From IMG/VR virus record IMGVR_UViG_3300046787_000675, positions 96,706 to 160,705 of that record: DNA of 64,000 bases. One strand, given 5' to 3'. This stretch comes from a virus. The notes beneath the pieces are model-generated. The model did not search any database. It was given only the letters and a program-made list of their open reading frames with translations, and was not told where the DNA came from. Each line of letters begins with the position of its first letter. Positions within the stretch are counted from its first letter, which is position 1. Made by a program: the position numbers and the translations under genes. Below are positions 8,502-18,155 of this stretch, piece after piece.

Positions 8502-10178
8502 TCAAAAATAACTGGTTCCTAATGGATCCCAGAGAACTTCAACACCAATAGTTACAGGTGTACATCCTGATGGTCCTGGTGAAGGATCCCCTAAACTTAT
8601 AGTACCACTATAAGAATCCCCTTCTCCGAATGGGAGGGATATAGCAGGAGAGGCGTAGGCTTGTTGTGTAAATTCTAGACCTAAAGCTGGATTGTTATAA
8701 ATAAGGACGGTAAATGGAAATTGATATCCGGGATCCGGTGATATATCTCCGCCTCCAAAACCGCATGGGTTTGAATCCGTAGCGGTTATATTCCATACCG
8801 CCCCGCCGTAAGATTCTCCTGAGTATGATTGTCGTCTGTGCCCATTAGCTATGTAATCAACACCGTTATATGTAACTTTAATATTCCATCTAGGGAATGG
8901 GTTTGTATCTGTGTCACAATCTGTACAGTTCAGATATCCTATCATAGTTTCTACCTGTTCTGGTGTTAATACAGGGTCACTTGTATATGTAAAACCACCA
9001 AATTCATAACATACTCCATCATATTTCCATGCACCTACAGATCCCCAATCCTCATCATAAGAATCTAGGGTAGCATCTAAAGCTACGTATAGAGGTGTAC
9101 CACCACCACAAGGGACAAAGTATTGTACTTCTGGAGGACATCCTTCTGAATAACAACTCCCAGACCCACTCATATCAATAGGTGTCCACGTTACCGCATC
9201 AGGAGTACCTCCATAAGTATAGACGCCTGTAGAAGTATAGCATTGCCCATCTATCATAATAATAAAGTATTCACCATTATATATTCGATAACAGTCTATA
9301 CCTAGATCTGTAGAGAGTATATTGACAGTGGTAAGATAATCAGAGCAACTAGAAAATTGTATAGTACAAGCACAACTACAATCATCTATTGTATAAGGAT
9401 CCGTAGTATCCACAGCCGTCATACTGTAATCGACGAATTCAAAACAAGTTCCGTAATATGTTATAGTAGCTGCTGGTGACGGTACTATAGGTACGAATAT
9501 AGAGTAGATGTGATCACAATCAATGTACTCTAATGAATTACCTGCAGGAGTACTAGAAGAACTACTAGCGCAGCACTCTTCATAGTTGTAATATATTTCA
9601 GAAGACGAGGAACTATCAGCGCAGCACTCTTCATAGTTGTAATATATTTCAGAAGACGAGGAACTATCTTGAGAAGATAATGATTGAGAACTGCATTCAG
9701 AATAAACATAAATAGGTGTAGATGAGCTTGATGAACTATGCGAACTGTCTGAACTAGTAACGGATGAGCCATCTCCGCTACATTCAGAATAAACATAAAT
9801 AAGCTCTGATGATGAATAAGATGATGACTCTGAAGGCTGACTAGAAGGTGTATTACTGCTACCGCTACATTCAGAATAAACATATATCGGTTCTGAAGAT
9901 GAAGAGGATGGGACAGTAGAAGACTGGCTAGACGGAGTACTGCTTCCTTCACTACATTCAGAATAAATATAGATAAGCTCAGACGACCCTGATCCAGAAC
10001 TATCTTGGCTTGAGCTATATTGACTTGAACTATCCGAACTAGGATTATTGGATGTATCTGAGCTACTAGAGGCACATATTAATATTCCCGAACCATCACA
10101 TCTTAATTGACAACTGCCATCCTCGACAAGGATAGCAACATTCTCTATTGTTTTTCCTCCCGCACCTATAAATGCCAT
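8502..10178 (-). CDS. Ser-rich/Cys-rich repeat appendage protein
   Basis: 558 aa; poly-Ser spacers punctuated by IY(V/I)YSECS and EIYYNYEECCA repeats, then GxC(Y/F) modules; AGGAG RBS. Confidence 0.7.
   Translation of the reverse strand: MAFIGAGGKTIENVAILVEDGSCQLRCDGSGILICASSSSDTSNNPSSDSSSQYSSSQDSSGSGSSELIYIYSECSEGSSTPSSQSSTVPSSSSSEPIYVYSECSGSSNTPSSQPSESSSYSSSELIYVYSECSGDGSSVTSSDSSHSSSSSSTPIYVYSECSSQSLSSQDSSSSSEIYYNYEECCADSSSSSEIYYNYEECCASSSSSTPAGNSLEYIDCDHIYSIFVPIVPSPAATITYYGTCFEFVDYSMTAVDTTDPYTIDDCSCACTIQFSSCSDYLTTVNILSTDLGIDCYRIYNGEYFIIMIDGQCYTSTGVYTYGGTPDAVTWTPIDMSGSGSCYSEGCPPEVQYFVPCGGGTPLYVALDATLDSYDEDWGSVGAWKYDGVCYEFGGFTYTSDPVLTPEQVETMIGYLNCTDCDTDTNPFPRWNIKVTYNGVDYIANGHRRQSYSGESYGGAVWNITATDSNPCGFGGGDISPDPGYQFPFTVLIYNNPALGLEFTQQAYASPAISLPFGEGDSYSGTISLGDPSPGPSGCTPVTIGVEVLWDPLGTSYF
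9567..9668. repeat. perfect 51-bp tandem duplication (coding DSSSSSEIYYNYEECCA x2)
   Basis: agcgcagcactcttcatagttgtaatatatttcagaagacgaggaactatc at 9567 and 9618. Confidence 0.9.
9694..9971. repeat. degenerate 87-bp-period coding repeat (4 units)
   Basis: Core cattcagaataaa at 9694, 9781, 9868 and 9955 (29-aa period). Confidence 0.85.
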
Positions 10179-10189
10179 AACACTCTCCT

Positions 10190-11473
10190 TTAGCAGCAGT
10201 ATTTAACTTTTGCGTCATAAGTGTTATTAGGAAGCTCTAATACATAACATACATGAATAGGGGAATCACATGCCGCTAAAGCCAAGGCTAATTCAGCAGT
10301 TAAGAAGGCATTGTTTATTGCGTCCTCAAAAGTAGGACCATTTTCTGTTACTTCCGTACTTGTTCCTCCAGGAGGGCATATATCCACATCAGGAGGACAT
10401 ATATTATTACAAGGTGCAAGTCCTAGAACAGCAGCTGCGTCATCACACGTATTTCCTTTACCGTCTGGAGCTACAGGTGCGGCAAAACCGTCAACTAAAA
10501 CAACATTACCTTGGTAATCGGTATTAATAACCAATACCTCCGGATCATCCGGCGGAACCTCATAATTATTACCTGCAAATGGACCTGGACGAGGAGGTAA
10601 GACATCCCATTGAATATCCGATAATTTACCGTCGTGTATAACTAGATTCGCCCAGTAAACTTTTAGTGTTCCTGCCTCGGTACATCCTATATCCACAACT
10701 ACCGGGATAAGACCTAAAGGTTCTTTCTTGGCTCCGGCTGTGTCTGGTGCCGCGTCATGCGTATCTATTCGTGGCCATAAAGGAAACTCCAGATAACGCA
10801 TCGTATATTTACCTGGTTCATTAGGATCCGGAAGACAACACCATCTAGGGTATCCGGATTGGCGTTGGAAGCTCTCATCCCTATCTACTTGTCTAAGGGT
10901 GTAATCTTTTTCTGGCCTTTCTCTCCGTTGTAAGTGTAACTCGCCATTTACCACCTCCGCTATAATACTGTTCTCTTTACCATCCGGACAACAGGTATTA
11001 GGCAAAGGAGGACCGTCTGGATTTTTTTCTCGGACACTAAAAGGTAATGGTGTAACTGTTGTGGGTATATAAAACCATGGAAGAGGATCGATTGTCGGGA
11101 ATCGCGGTCTACCGGTAATTAACCGAATCATGTCTATGCCGTCCCCTTGACAGAAACACTGATCGGCATATATAAGGATGGCTTCTTTTTCCGGTGTACT
11201 TAATTTGTTCCACAGGTTAGGGTAATCCGGATCATATGACACACCGTCCAACACAGAATAATTATCATTAAAAGGAATAGTATCGATGTCGGACTGTTCT
11301 CCGAAATGATAAGGGAAACTGGCAAGATGTTCTGAACTTGGCGGGTAAACATAACATGTAGGTTTCTCAAACGGTGTTAAGATAAAACTATCGTAACATT
11401 CGTTCGTGTTCCCTACATCTCTGTATACGGCACCGTTGCCTATGTTAAAAGGTGACCCATATAATCTGCGCAC
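10190..11473 (-). CDS. Pro/Cys-rich structural protein
   Basis: 427-aa ORF with GTG start and many Cys pairs, in the baseplate/fibre region. Confidence 0.65.
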   Translation of the reverse strand: MRRLYGSPFNIGNGAVYRDVGNTNECYDSFILTPFEKPTCYVYPPSSEHLASFPYHFGEQSDIDTIPFNDNYSVLDGVSYDPDYPNLWNKLSTPEKEAILIYADQCFCQGDGIDMIRLITGRPRFPTIDPLPWFYIPTTVTPLPFSVREKNPDGPPLPNTCCPDGKENSIIAEVVNGELHLQRRERPEKDYTLRQVDRDESFQRQSGYPRWCCLPDPNEPGKYTMRYLEFPLWPRIDTHDAAPDTAGAKKEPLGLIPVVVDIGCTEAGTLKVYWANLVIHDGKLSDIQWDVLPPRPGPFAGNNYEVPPDDPEVLVINTDYQGNVVLVDGFAAPVAPDGKGNTCDDAAAVLGLAPCNNICPPDVDICPPGGTSTEVTENGPTFEDAINNAFLTAELALALAACDSPIHVCYVLELPNNTYDAKVKYCC

Positions 11474-11476
11474 GAG

Positions 11477-12265
11477 TTACTGCCTTTTTCTTATCTTTAT
11501 GCTGCCTGGTTCTTTATCAATATATAACGCTGATGAAACTTCTAAAGGAATGTCACCGTTTACCGGTAACAGACCGTTTATAACATATACTCCGTCGGGT
11601 AGAGAATTAATAGTTGGTTCTTCACACATTTCAGGATTTGTATTACCTAAATTAGGCATTTTACCTTTACCTATTCCTTGAGATGCTGTGAATGTTAAAT
11701 TGTTATCTTCATAAGAAACAACACAGTTATATCCATCCTTAAACTTTATGACATCTGTAGGGAGATCTTGGATATTGAGAATATCGATTAGTGTGTCTGT
11801 ATCTTCAACACTGTTACACCGTGTTATGTTTTGAAATACTATCGCCTCAATAAATTCTATATGCCATTGCACTCTTGCTGACTCTATTTCTAGGGGAGTA
11901 TTAATAGGGAACAAAGAAGTAGATATAGGCGTTTTATAAGATAATACACCCGACACATAACCGCCTAAAGATCCGACAGTTATTATATCTCCTTTAATTG
12001 TTACATCCGGTAGAATAAATGTATAATCCCAGTAGTCTCCATTAATATAAATAGATCTAAAATTTAAAGTAACTTCGTTAGATGCTTCCGTCGCGGACAT
12101 TAAATAAGTTATAGGATAATCAACCGGAGTTGTTGTATCGGTAGGTTCTCCCTGTATTACGATGTATATGTCTAATATACTTGCGGCAAATGTTTTTATG
12201 TCCCCCGATAAAATAGGGACAAAAGGATAATCTCCCTGGGATGAAAAATGTCTATTTAAACTCAT
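11477..12265 (-). CDS. baseplate/fibre-associated protein, paralog family A
   Basis: N-terminal YPF; FKDGYNC; C-terminal VINGLLPVNGDI motif shared with neighbours. Confidence 0.6.
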   Translation of the reverse strand: MSLNRHFSSQGDYPFVPILSGDIKTFAASILDIYIVIQGEPTDTTTPVDYPITYLMSATEASNEVTLNFRSIYINGDYWDYTFILPDVTIKGDIITVGSLGGYVSGVLSYKTPISTSLFPINTPLEIESARVQWHIEFIEAIVFQNITRCNSVEDTDTLIDILNIQDLPTDVIKFKDGYNCVVSYEDNNLTFTASQGIGKGKMPNLGNTNPEMCEEPTINSLPDGVYVINGLLPVNGDIPLEVSSALYIDKEPGSIKIRKRQ

Positions 12266-12975
12266 GAAGTTATATCCTTAGCTTGTTGGAATATTAAGGC
12301 TTTATTAGTCTTTATCCTTAGGTTTGCCTCAGGCGTAGCGTTCAACCATATATGTTTGCTTGTTACACCGTTTACACTTTTTATCTGTCCTTGTGAAGAA
12401 TCAACAAGAGACGGGTCTTCACCTAATACATCCAGAGACAACACATTGTCATCCAGAGTCCATTGAACACCGTGCCGGGCTATAATATTAACTGCTCCCC
12501 ATGCTGCTTGATTATCTGTGTGAATGTATCGTATAAAAGATGTACGATAGACTTTGCAGGTGTCTATATGTAAGGTAGCCTCGCCTGGAACAATATTGAA
12601 ATATCTCCCTTGTGCATTTGTTACTAATCTTCCGGCTCCTAAACTATCTAGGACCAATATACCTATATTTAGTCCTGCATCGTTATAGACATTTGCTTTT
12701 GTGTCTCCGGAAGCAAAAACGCACACGCCTGCGTTTTTGTTATCTGCATCTGTAAAAATTAATTTTATCTCGTTTTCTTCGCCGTATGTCCCGTCTATTA
12801 CAGTTAAACTTATAGGTAAGGTAACCGGCGATTTAAAATAAAAATGTGCATCCAGGAAAACATCGTTACCGATGTATAACTCGTCCAGTTCTTCTCGGAA
12901 GAACGCGTCGAACGGATAAGGAACCGTTAATACAGTATCTCTAAAACTCTGGTTTCTAATTACGTAATTAGGCAT
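12262..12975 (-). CDS. baseplate/fibre-associated protein, paralog family A
   Basis: YPF...IGNDVFLDA N-terminal motif; IKSVNGV C-terminal motif. Confidence 0.6.
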   Translation of the reverse strand: MPNYVIRNQSFRDTVLTVPYPFDAFFREELDELYIGNDVFLDAHFYFKSPVTLPISLTVIDGTYGEENEIKLIFTDADNKNAGVCVFASGDTKANVYNDAGLNIGILVLDSLGAGRLVTNAQGRYFNIVPGEATLHIDTCKVYRTSFIRYIHTDNQAAWGAVNIIARHGVQWTLDDNVLSLDVLGEDPSLVDSSQGQIKSVNGVTSKHIWLNATPEANLRIKTNKALIFQQAKDITS

Positions 12976-12985
12976 AAAAACTCCT

Positions 12986-13597
12986 TTAGACTACAACAGT
13001 CCAACCTCTACTTATTAAAATATCTATGTAGGCGTCACCTACAACACTTGGCGGAGCATTATTATCTATATTCAGTATGCCGCCTGTTTTGTTATGGGAT
13101 ACAAGTGTAGAGAGAAGATTGTCAATACTCAACATATTGAGACTATTATTGTTAATGATTATTGTTGTTATATTTATAAAGTTTGACAAATCAATAGTTG
13201 TTATTTCCATACCGGCAGCTACTATACCGGTAAAGTGCTCAAGGTTACCTTCGTCGACAACATTAATGTTATTAGGTGTGCTTACATATAAATGTGATGG
13301 GTTATTGGTTTCATCTACAGGTGAACTGTCATTCCATTCCCATTTTAATACATCTGTGTTATCTGTTCCGACTACAAAATTTATATCTGTAGCGTCTGAA
13401 GAGAATAGAAAAACAGAAGGGAGATCCCCACAATCAGAACTGCAACTAGAAGATATTCCCATGCAGTCTTCGCAGGACTCATGAGTACTATCTATAATTG
13501 TGTGTGTTATAGGACCGGAAACTACTTCGGCAAGTTCGTAGCATTGACCTTCATGTTTAATAAATCTTGCTCCGGTATAAGGGACGAATATATCCAT
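12986..13597 (-). CDS. Cys-module appendage protein with LRR-like C-terminus
   Basis: ARFIKHEGQCYEL...CEDC N-terminal module; IDLSNFINITTIIINNNSL...IDNLLSTL...LISRGWTV LRR-like cap. Confidence 0.6.
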   Translation of the reverse strand: MDIFVPYTGARFIKHEGQCYELAEVVSGPITHTIIDSTHESCEDCMGISSSCSSDCGDLPSVFLFSSDATDINFVVGTDNTDVLKWEWNDSSPVDETNNPSHLYVSTPNNINVVDEGNLEHFTGIVAAGMEITTIDLSNFINITTIIINNNSLNMLSIDNLLSTLVSHNKTGGILNIDNNAPPSVVGDAYIDILISRGWTVVV

Positions 13598-13607
13598 AAA
13601 TTTTTCC

Positions 13608-14534
13608 TTACTCGCTACTGCTGCTAGAAGAGTTATCTATATGGGTATATAGGGTCCCTACTTCATTATTGTTCTCATTATAAATTACCTCTTTATAGAT
13701 ATTTTGACAAGATGGCTCCTCTGGGGTCTCAGATGACTCCGATGATTCGGAAGGGGCACATGGATCGTCTTCATTAGGTTGAGCAGGGAAATAAATATCT
13801 AGAGGTAACGATATATTGTCTCCTGCTCCTTCGTCTCCCCTATCGATATCTGTACTGTTTACAGGGGCGCATTCTTCCATACACCCTATAATATCAATAT
13901 CTATGTTTCCGTTTTCGTCGGGCGGAGTATTTGCAATAGTGTATATAAGCGGGTCTTGATTTACTTTTACATCTCTATCAAGAAACGATACTAAACTGAG
14001 TTCATCTAATTCATCGTCATTCCTATCTATAAAAATATTACTACCTTCAATAGTTATGTTTAACAATGAATTCGCGCTTAATAGTTTAAGTGCGTTATCC
14101 AATGAATAAGTCAAACCGTTTATTTCTATTGTATATGTTGTAGACATATTAGGTGCAGATATAACTACCTCATCTTCTAACGCGACACTTACCTGTCCAC
14201 TATAATAACCTTGTCTTTCCAGTGCGCCCGGCCCGAACATAACATACCCGTGACCTAATACATCCATTTCCAGAGGATAGATTAAACCCGGCTGAGGATC
14301 CTCTACAAGAACATATGCTATCGGGATATTATTGGTTAAGTCTTCTAAAATGACAACAACAAATCCTATACCTACACGCAAGCATGTTAAAACAGGCTGT
14401 ATAGATGGAGGGACTGTTAAAGATAACCCTGTTAATATATCGTTAGGGATATCTTCTGTATGGGTATCAATTAGAGGAAATTTAACGTCTGCATTATTAC
14501 TATATAAATTAGGATTTTCTGACATATTAGGCAC
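13608..14534 (-). CDS. baseplate/fibre-associated protein, paralog family A
   Basis: NADVKFPL...IPNDILTGL; IYTIANTPPDENGNIDI; Ser-rich tail. Confidence 0.6.
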   Translation of the reverse strand: MPNMSENPNLYSNNADVKFPLIDTHTEDIPNDILTGLSLTVPPSIQPVLTCLRVGIGFVVVILEDLTNNIPIAYVLVEDPQPGLIYPLEMDVLGHGYVMFGPGALERQGYYSGQVSVALEDEVVISAPNMSTTYTIEINGLTYSLDNALKLLSANSLLNITIEGSNIFIDRNDDELDELSLVSFLDRDVKVNQDPLIYTIANTPPDENGNIDIDIIGCMEECAPVNSTDIDRGDEGAGDNISLPLDIYFPAQPNEDDPCAPSESSESSETPEEPSCQNIYKEVIYNENNNEVGTLYTHIDNSSSSSSE

Positions 14535-15642
14535 TTCCTGAGCTACCGTCCGGCGGACGGAAATAAACTATGTTTGTTAGTGTTATATTACTTCCGATAT
14601 GCGTTACACTAAATGTAGTTGTCACTTGAATTAATATCTGATCGGGAGAATCGTTAAACAAGGATGTATTAGTTATCATTAATACAACATCCCCGAATAT
14701 CTCGTCCCCTGAAGCAAGAGATCCTGCATCTAAGTCAACCTCAACTGTGTTACCTGTAAAAGCCGGTCCTGAAAGTAATGGGGCATTAGTAGCGTTCTCT
14801 CTACTTACTACCCTTACTTCAGTGTTTCCAGGAGCAATACCGTTCCAGGTAAAATAACTCATTCCCGATTTACGAAGGAATGTGAATTTAACATTTATAG
14901 TTATTGGTCCAACGGACGACGGGGATATATTCCGATAATAAGCCGCGGCAGATATAGATTGACCAAATGATTGGGCACTGGCTTTTACACTTTGTTTATG
15001 AACAAGGTAGTTCCAATAATTTAAGGCAGTTAACGCCTGTACATATATACCGGAGAAGTTTTCTAACGGAGCACCGTCCGGAGCTACCGGAATAGTGTTT
15101 GTTATGGTGTCACCGGTTAGCTTCCATATGTATTGAATCATTTCGTCTATTCTATCTAAGTAAGTCTGGAAAGTCTCGTATGTAGGGCAGTCTATACAAG
15201 GGCCACATATATCTAATAGTGTTAAAAGATTTTCTCCTTGAATGTAATTACTGCAGCTGTCTGTTGTAAGAAACGAAACACCCAGTAAGTCTTCAGGCGG
15301 GGTCGATGCGATTTTAGTATAATACAATACTGCGTCTGTAAATGTCCAAGCATCTCCTTCCGGAGTAACATTAGTCTCGACGTCTAAATATGGACCGGAT
15401 ATATTACCTCCCTCTATCATATTTTTTAAGGCAAGATATTTCTGTACATAGTATAGATTGCTTGTCTGTGCTGTATTCAGCGTTATAGATGCCAGTGCTA
15501 TATCGGCATCTAACTCTATGCTTCCCTGACTATCTAGTCGTATAATTCTATTAGTGCAATCAATTAAGTCTCCATTTTTCTTTAGAATTTTTATCGTCGG
15601 GAGTAAGCGTACTGTGGAATCCGGATTAAAATCATCATACAT
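14527..15642 (-). CDS. baseplate/fibre-associated structural protein
   Basis: 371 aa with CGPCIDC cluster; coupled to neighbours. Confidence 0.6.
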   Translation of the reverse strand: MYDDFNPDSTVRLLPTIKILKKNGDLIDCTNRIIRLDSQGSIELDADIALASITLNTAQTSNLYYVQKYLALKNMIEGGNISGPYLDVETNVTPEGDAWTFTDAVLYYTKIASTPPEDLLGVSFLTTDSCSNYIQGENLLTLLDICGPCIDCPTYETFQTYLDRIDEMIQYIWKLTGDTITNTIPVAPDGAPLENFSGIYVQALTALNYWNYLVHKQSVKASAQSFGQSISAAAYYRNISPSSVGPITINVKFTFLRKSGMSYFTWNGIAPGNTEVRVVSRENATNAPLLSGPAFTGNTVEVDLDAGSLASGDEIFGDVVLMITNTSLFNDSPDQILIQVTTTFSVTHIGSNITLTNIVYFRPPDGSSGSA

Positions 15643-16583
15643 TATAAAGTATTCCCCAAACTCAAAAGTTTATTCTGTACATCATTGATTATATCGCGTG
15701 TCGCGTCGTAGGCGCGTTGGAGCTGACTATATCTTAAATTAAGGGCAGTTATAGATTCTTTAATAGCCGCGATATTAGGATCCTCTGGACAACAGGGAGT
15801 AGCACACGGGTTCCCTATAGTTATACCAGCAGCCTGGTTGATTATTTCCGTACAGTCCGCCGCGAGAACTTCGAAGTTTCGAGTTAGATCAGGTAACAGA
15901 CCGTTAATGCTTCGAATAGGTACACCAAGTTCATTAGTTAAAGCATCTATAACATCCTGATCAGAATTGATAGTTGTGCTGTTGACATTAGGCGTGACAT
16001 CGATTGTGATTATAGATTCGTCTCCGGAAGATTGTACATCTAGTGATACATTGGCTCCTTCCTTGAATATAATTGTACCGGATAGTAATCTATCGCCTAT
16101 TGCAAGATACTGTACGTTAATTAATCCTCTAGCTATGCGTGTAGGACTTATGTAGGTGCTTGATGGATCAAACCTCCAGACACCTAATTTAGTAGAAGTC
16201 TCTGCGGCATTACCTATGATTATTTGACCGGTACAGATATATAAGGCAGCTAATGGTCCGGTTAATTGAACTCTGCTAGGAGTAAAGATATAAGCCTGTT
16301 GTAAAGACGTGTTAACTAATATGTTTTTAAATACACCTATCGGTTCCGGGGTAGACGGGTCGTCATAACCTATCGCGATGTCTATATGTGCTCGTCGCGC
16401 AATTATGTAATGAATATAAAACTTCTCTACATCTATTTGCGGTATATTAGGTACACACATGTACAAATCCGTTATAAGGGATGTAGGGAGCTTAAACGAT
16501 CCTGATATATCCTCTCCCGGAGATTCATCCTTAAGAGGAAATGACCGGTGCATGTTCTGGTCGCAAAATTCCTGGTAAATCAT
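15642..16583 (-). CDS. baseplate/fibre-associated protein, paralog family A
   Basis: NMHRSFPL...LPTSLITDL; FKEGANV; IRSINGLLPD; CATPCC then a coiled-coil end. Confidence 0.6.
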   Translation of the reverse strand: MIYQEFCDQNMHRSFPLKDESPGEDISGSFKLPTSLITDLYMCVPNIPQIDVEKFYIHYIIARRAHIDIAIGYDDPSTPEPIGVFKNILVNTSLQQAYIFTPSRVQLTGPLAALYICTGQIIIGNAAETSTKLGVWRFDPSSTYISPTRIARGLINVQYLAIGDRLLSGTIIFKEGANVSLDVQSSGDESIITIDVTPNVNSTTINSDQDVIDALTNELGVPIRSINGLLPDLTRNFEVLAADCTEIINQAAGITIGNPCATPCCPEDPNIAAIKESITALNLRYSQLQRAYDATRDIINDVQNKLLSLGNTL

Positions 16584-16594
16584 CTAACCTTCCT

Positions 16595-18145
16595 TTATAC
16601 TTGTATTAAGATAATACCTGTAGCTACGATATTTATAGGGTCATCAGGGTTATCCGCGGTAAGAACATAATTAAGCATTCCCCTAGAAGCACCTGTTAGA
16701 GGTATATCTGCTGACGCGACATAATAAATATCTCCGGCAGAAACCGAGCCAGGTATATTAGGTAGAGCTATAACTGTATCTGCTCCTGGAGTAACGCCCG
16801 ATACATTTGGAGTAGGAACTAAACTATAAGAACATTCCGGGGCAGGCTGATTAGCTACAGGGCTAATTATCTGACAGAATATTTTAGCAGTGTATGTCCC
16901 GCTTCCGAAATCCGGTAATAAACACCGGCAATGTACACTGGATAATCTGTTTATAGGTAGCTGTGTTATTACATGGACGCCTTCTACCGAAGTTACAGAG
17001 TTATTTAAATTTAGTACCTGTGCTGGGATAGCTAAATTATTAAACAAAGATGAACCGACGGTAATTACATTACTTCCATTAGGACCACTAGCCGTTACAG
17101 TTATCCCGGCTCCTGCCTGTACCTTAGTGACTACTTTGGCAATCTTAACAGCACGCGTTATAGCATTAATAGATATTACGGCGGTACCCGTAGGGGTATC
17201 TTCTGAAGTAGTATAATCAATAGTGTTTATTGTTACTCTGCCATTAGAATTAATAATGTTTAGTGCAGCCGGCGTAGATGTACGGATAGAATGTAGGAGT
17301 GCCATATCCTTAACATCGGCTGATAAAACATTTAACTCAATATCCTGATCAGGTGGAGTTACATCTGTAAACCAAATACCGTTTTCATCTTTAAATATTA
17401 AATCCTCAAATAAGTGAGTACCTGTATCGCGTCCTATAAAAGTAGCATCACCAACACCAGCAAGTATTGCCTCAACTAAATTAACATCGATAGCGTGTAA
17501 AGTTGTGAAGGCATAACCATATGTTGCCCCCGCAGGAGGATCACTAAAAGAACCTGCAGGTAACCATTCTCCTTCCAGTAATAGAAAAGACATATGTGTA
17601 TGTGTTATAGGCTCGTGTTGGGGAGGGAAGACGCGAATAACTCCGTCCGAGTAGTATTCCAATACCCTTACACCCATTGCCGGTTTAGTTTTTATAACCG
17701 TACCTTCAACAGAGTTGGACAAGAAGTAAATACCTGCCGACGGAGTAATGCTGTTAAACAGTCTTGTTTGGGCTGGGCTATCTAATTCCGCAATACCTTC
17801 GATAAGAACATCGGCTACATAATCAGTAGTTTTATTGATTATTACGCCGGTAAATATTGAACTATCTGCAGGAGTAGCTTGTTGATTAGCATTTAAGATA
17901 TCCCATTTAGATAAAGCTTTTTTATGTAAAAGAGTAGCGTTATCCAGGTAAACAACATGACCGGGTAAAGAGGTGCTCTCTACAGGGATATTTTTTAAAA
18001 CTAACTGCTGTCCTGCTTTTATTGAATCCAGTAGATTTTTTAATACTACGGTTCTTTCTGCCAAGATGTTAACAGGGGAATTTACGCTTTTAGCTTTTAA
18101 AGGATCCCCGTTTACAACTTGTGGTACTGATACTGTCCAACTCAT
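16595..18145 (-). CDS. tail fibre / baseplate-attached fibre protein
   Basis: N-terminal NGDP...NSPVNILAERTVVLK resembles the LAxRTxxLK fibre-anchor motif; beta-rich. Confidence 0.6.
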   Translation of the reverse strand: MSWTVSVPQVVNGDPLKAKSVNSPVNILAERTVVLKNLLDSIKAGQQLVLKNIPVESTSLPGHVVYLDNATLLHKKALSKWDILNANQQATPADSSIFTGVIINKTTDYVADVLIEGIAELDSPAQTRLFNSITPSAGIYFLSNSVEGTVIKTKPAMGVRVLEYYSDGVIRVFPPQHEPITHTHMSFLLLEGEWLPAGSFSDPPAGATYGYAFTTLHAIDVNLVEAILAGVGDATFIGRDTGTHLFEDLIFKDENGIWFTDVTPPDQDIELNVLSADVKDMALLHSIRTSTPAALNIINSNGRVTINTIDYTTSEDTPTGTAVISINAITRAVKIAKVVTKVQAGAGITVTASGPNGSNVITVGSSLFNNLAIPAQVLNLNNSVTSVEGVHVITQLPINRLSSVHCRCLLPDFGSGTYTAKIFCQIISPVANQPAPECSYSLVPTPNVSGVTPGADTVIALPNIPGSVSAGDIYYVASADIPLTGASRGMLNYVLTADNPDDPINIVATGIILIQV

Positions 18146-18155
18146 TTAAATCTCC

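Noticed and set aside
9567-9971. Regularly spaced repeats resembling a CRISPR array
   Set aside because: Periods are multiples of 3 (87 and 51 bp), the cores are short and degenerate, all lie in frame within a Ser-rich ORF, and no cas genes are present
9530-10075. 181-aa alternative-frame ORF on the minus strand
   Set aside because: Shadow of the Ser-rich repeat in 8502..10178; no RBS or independent features
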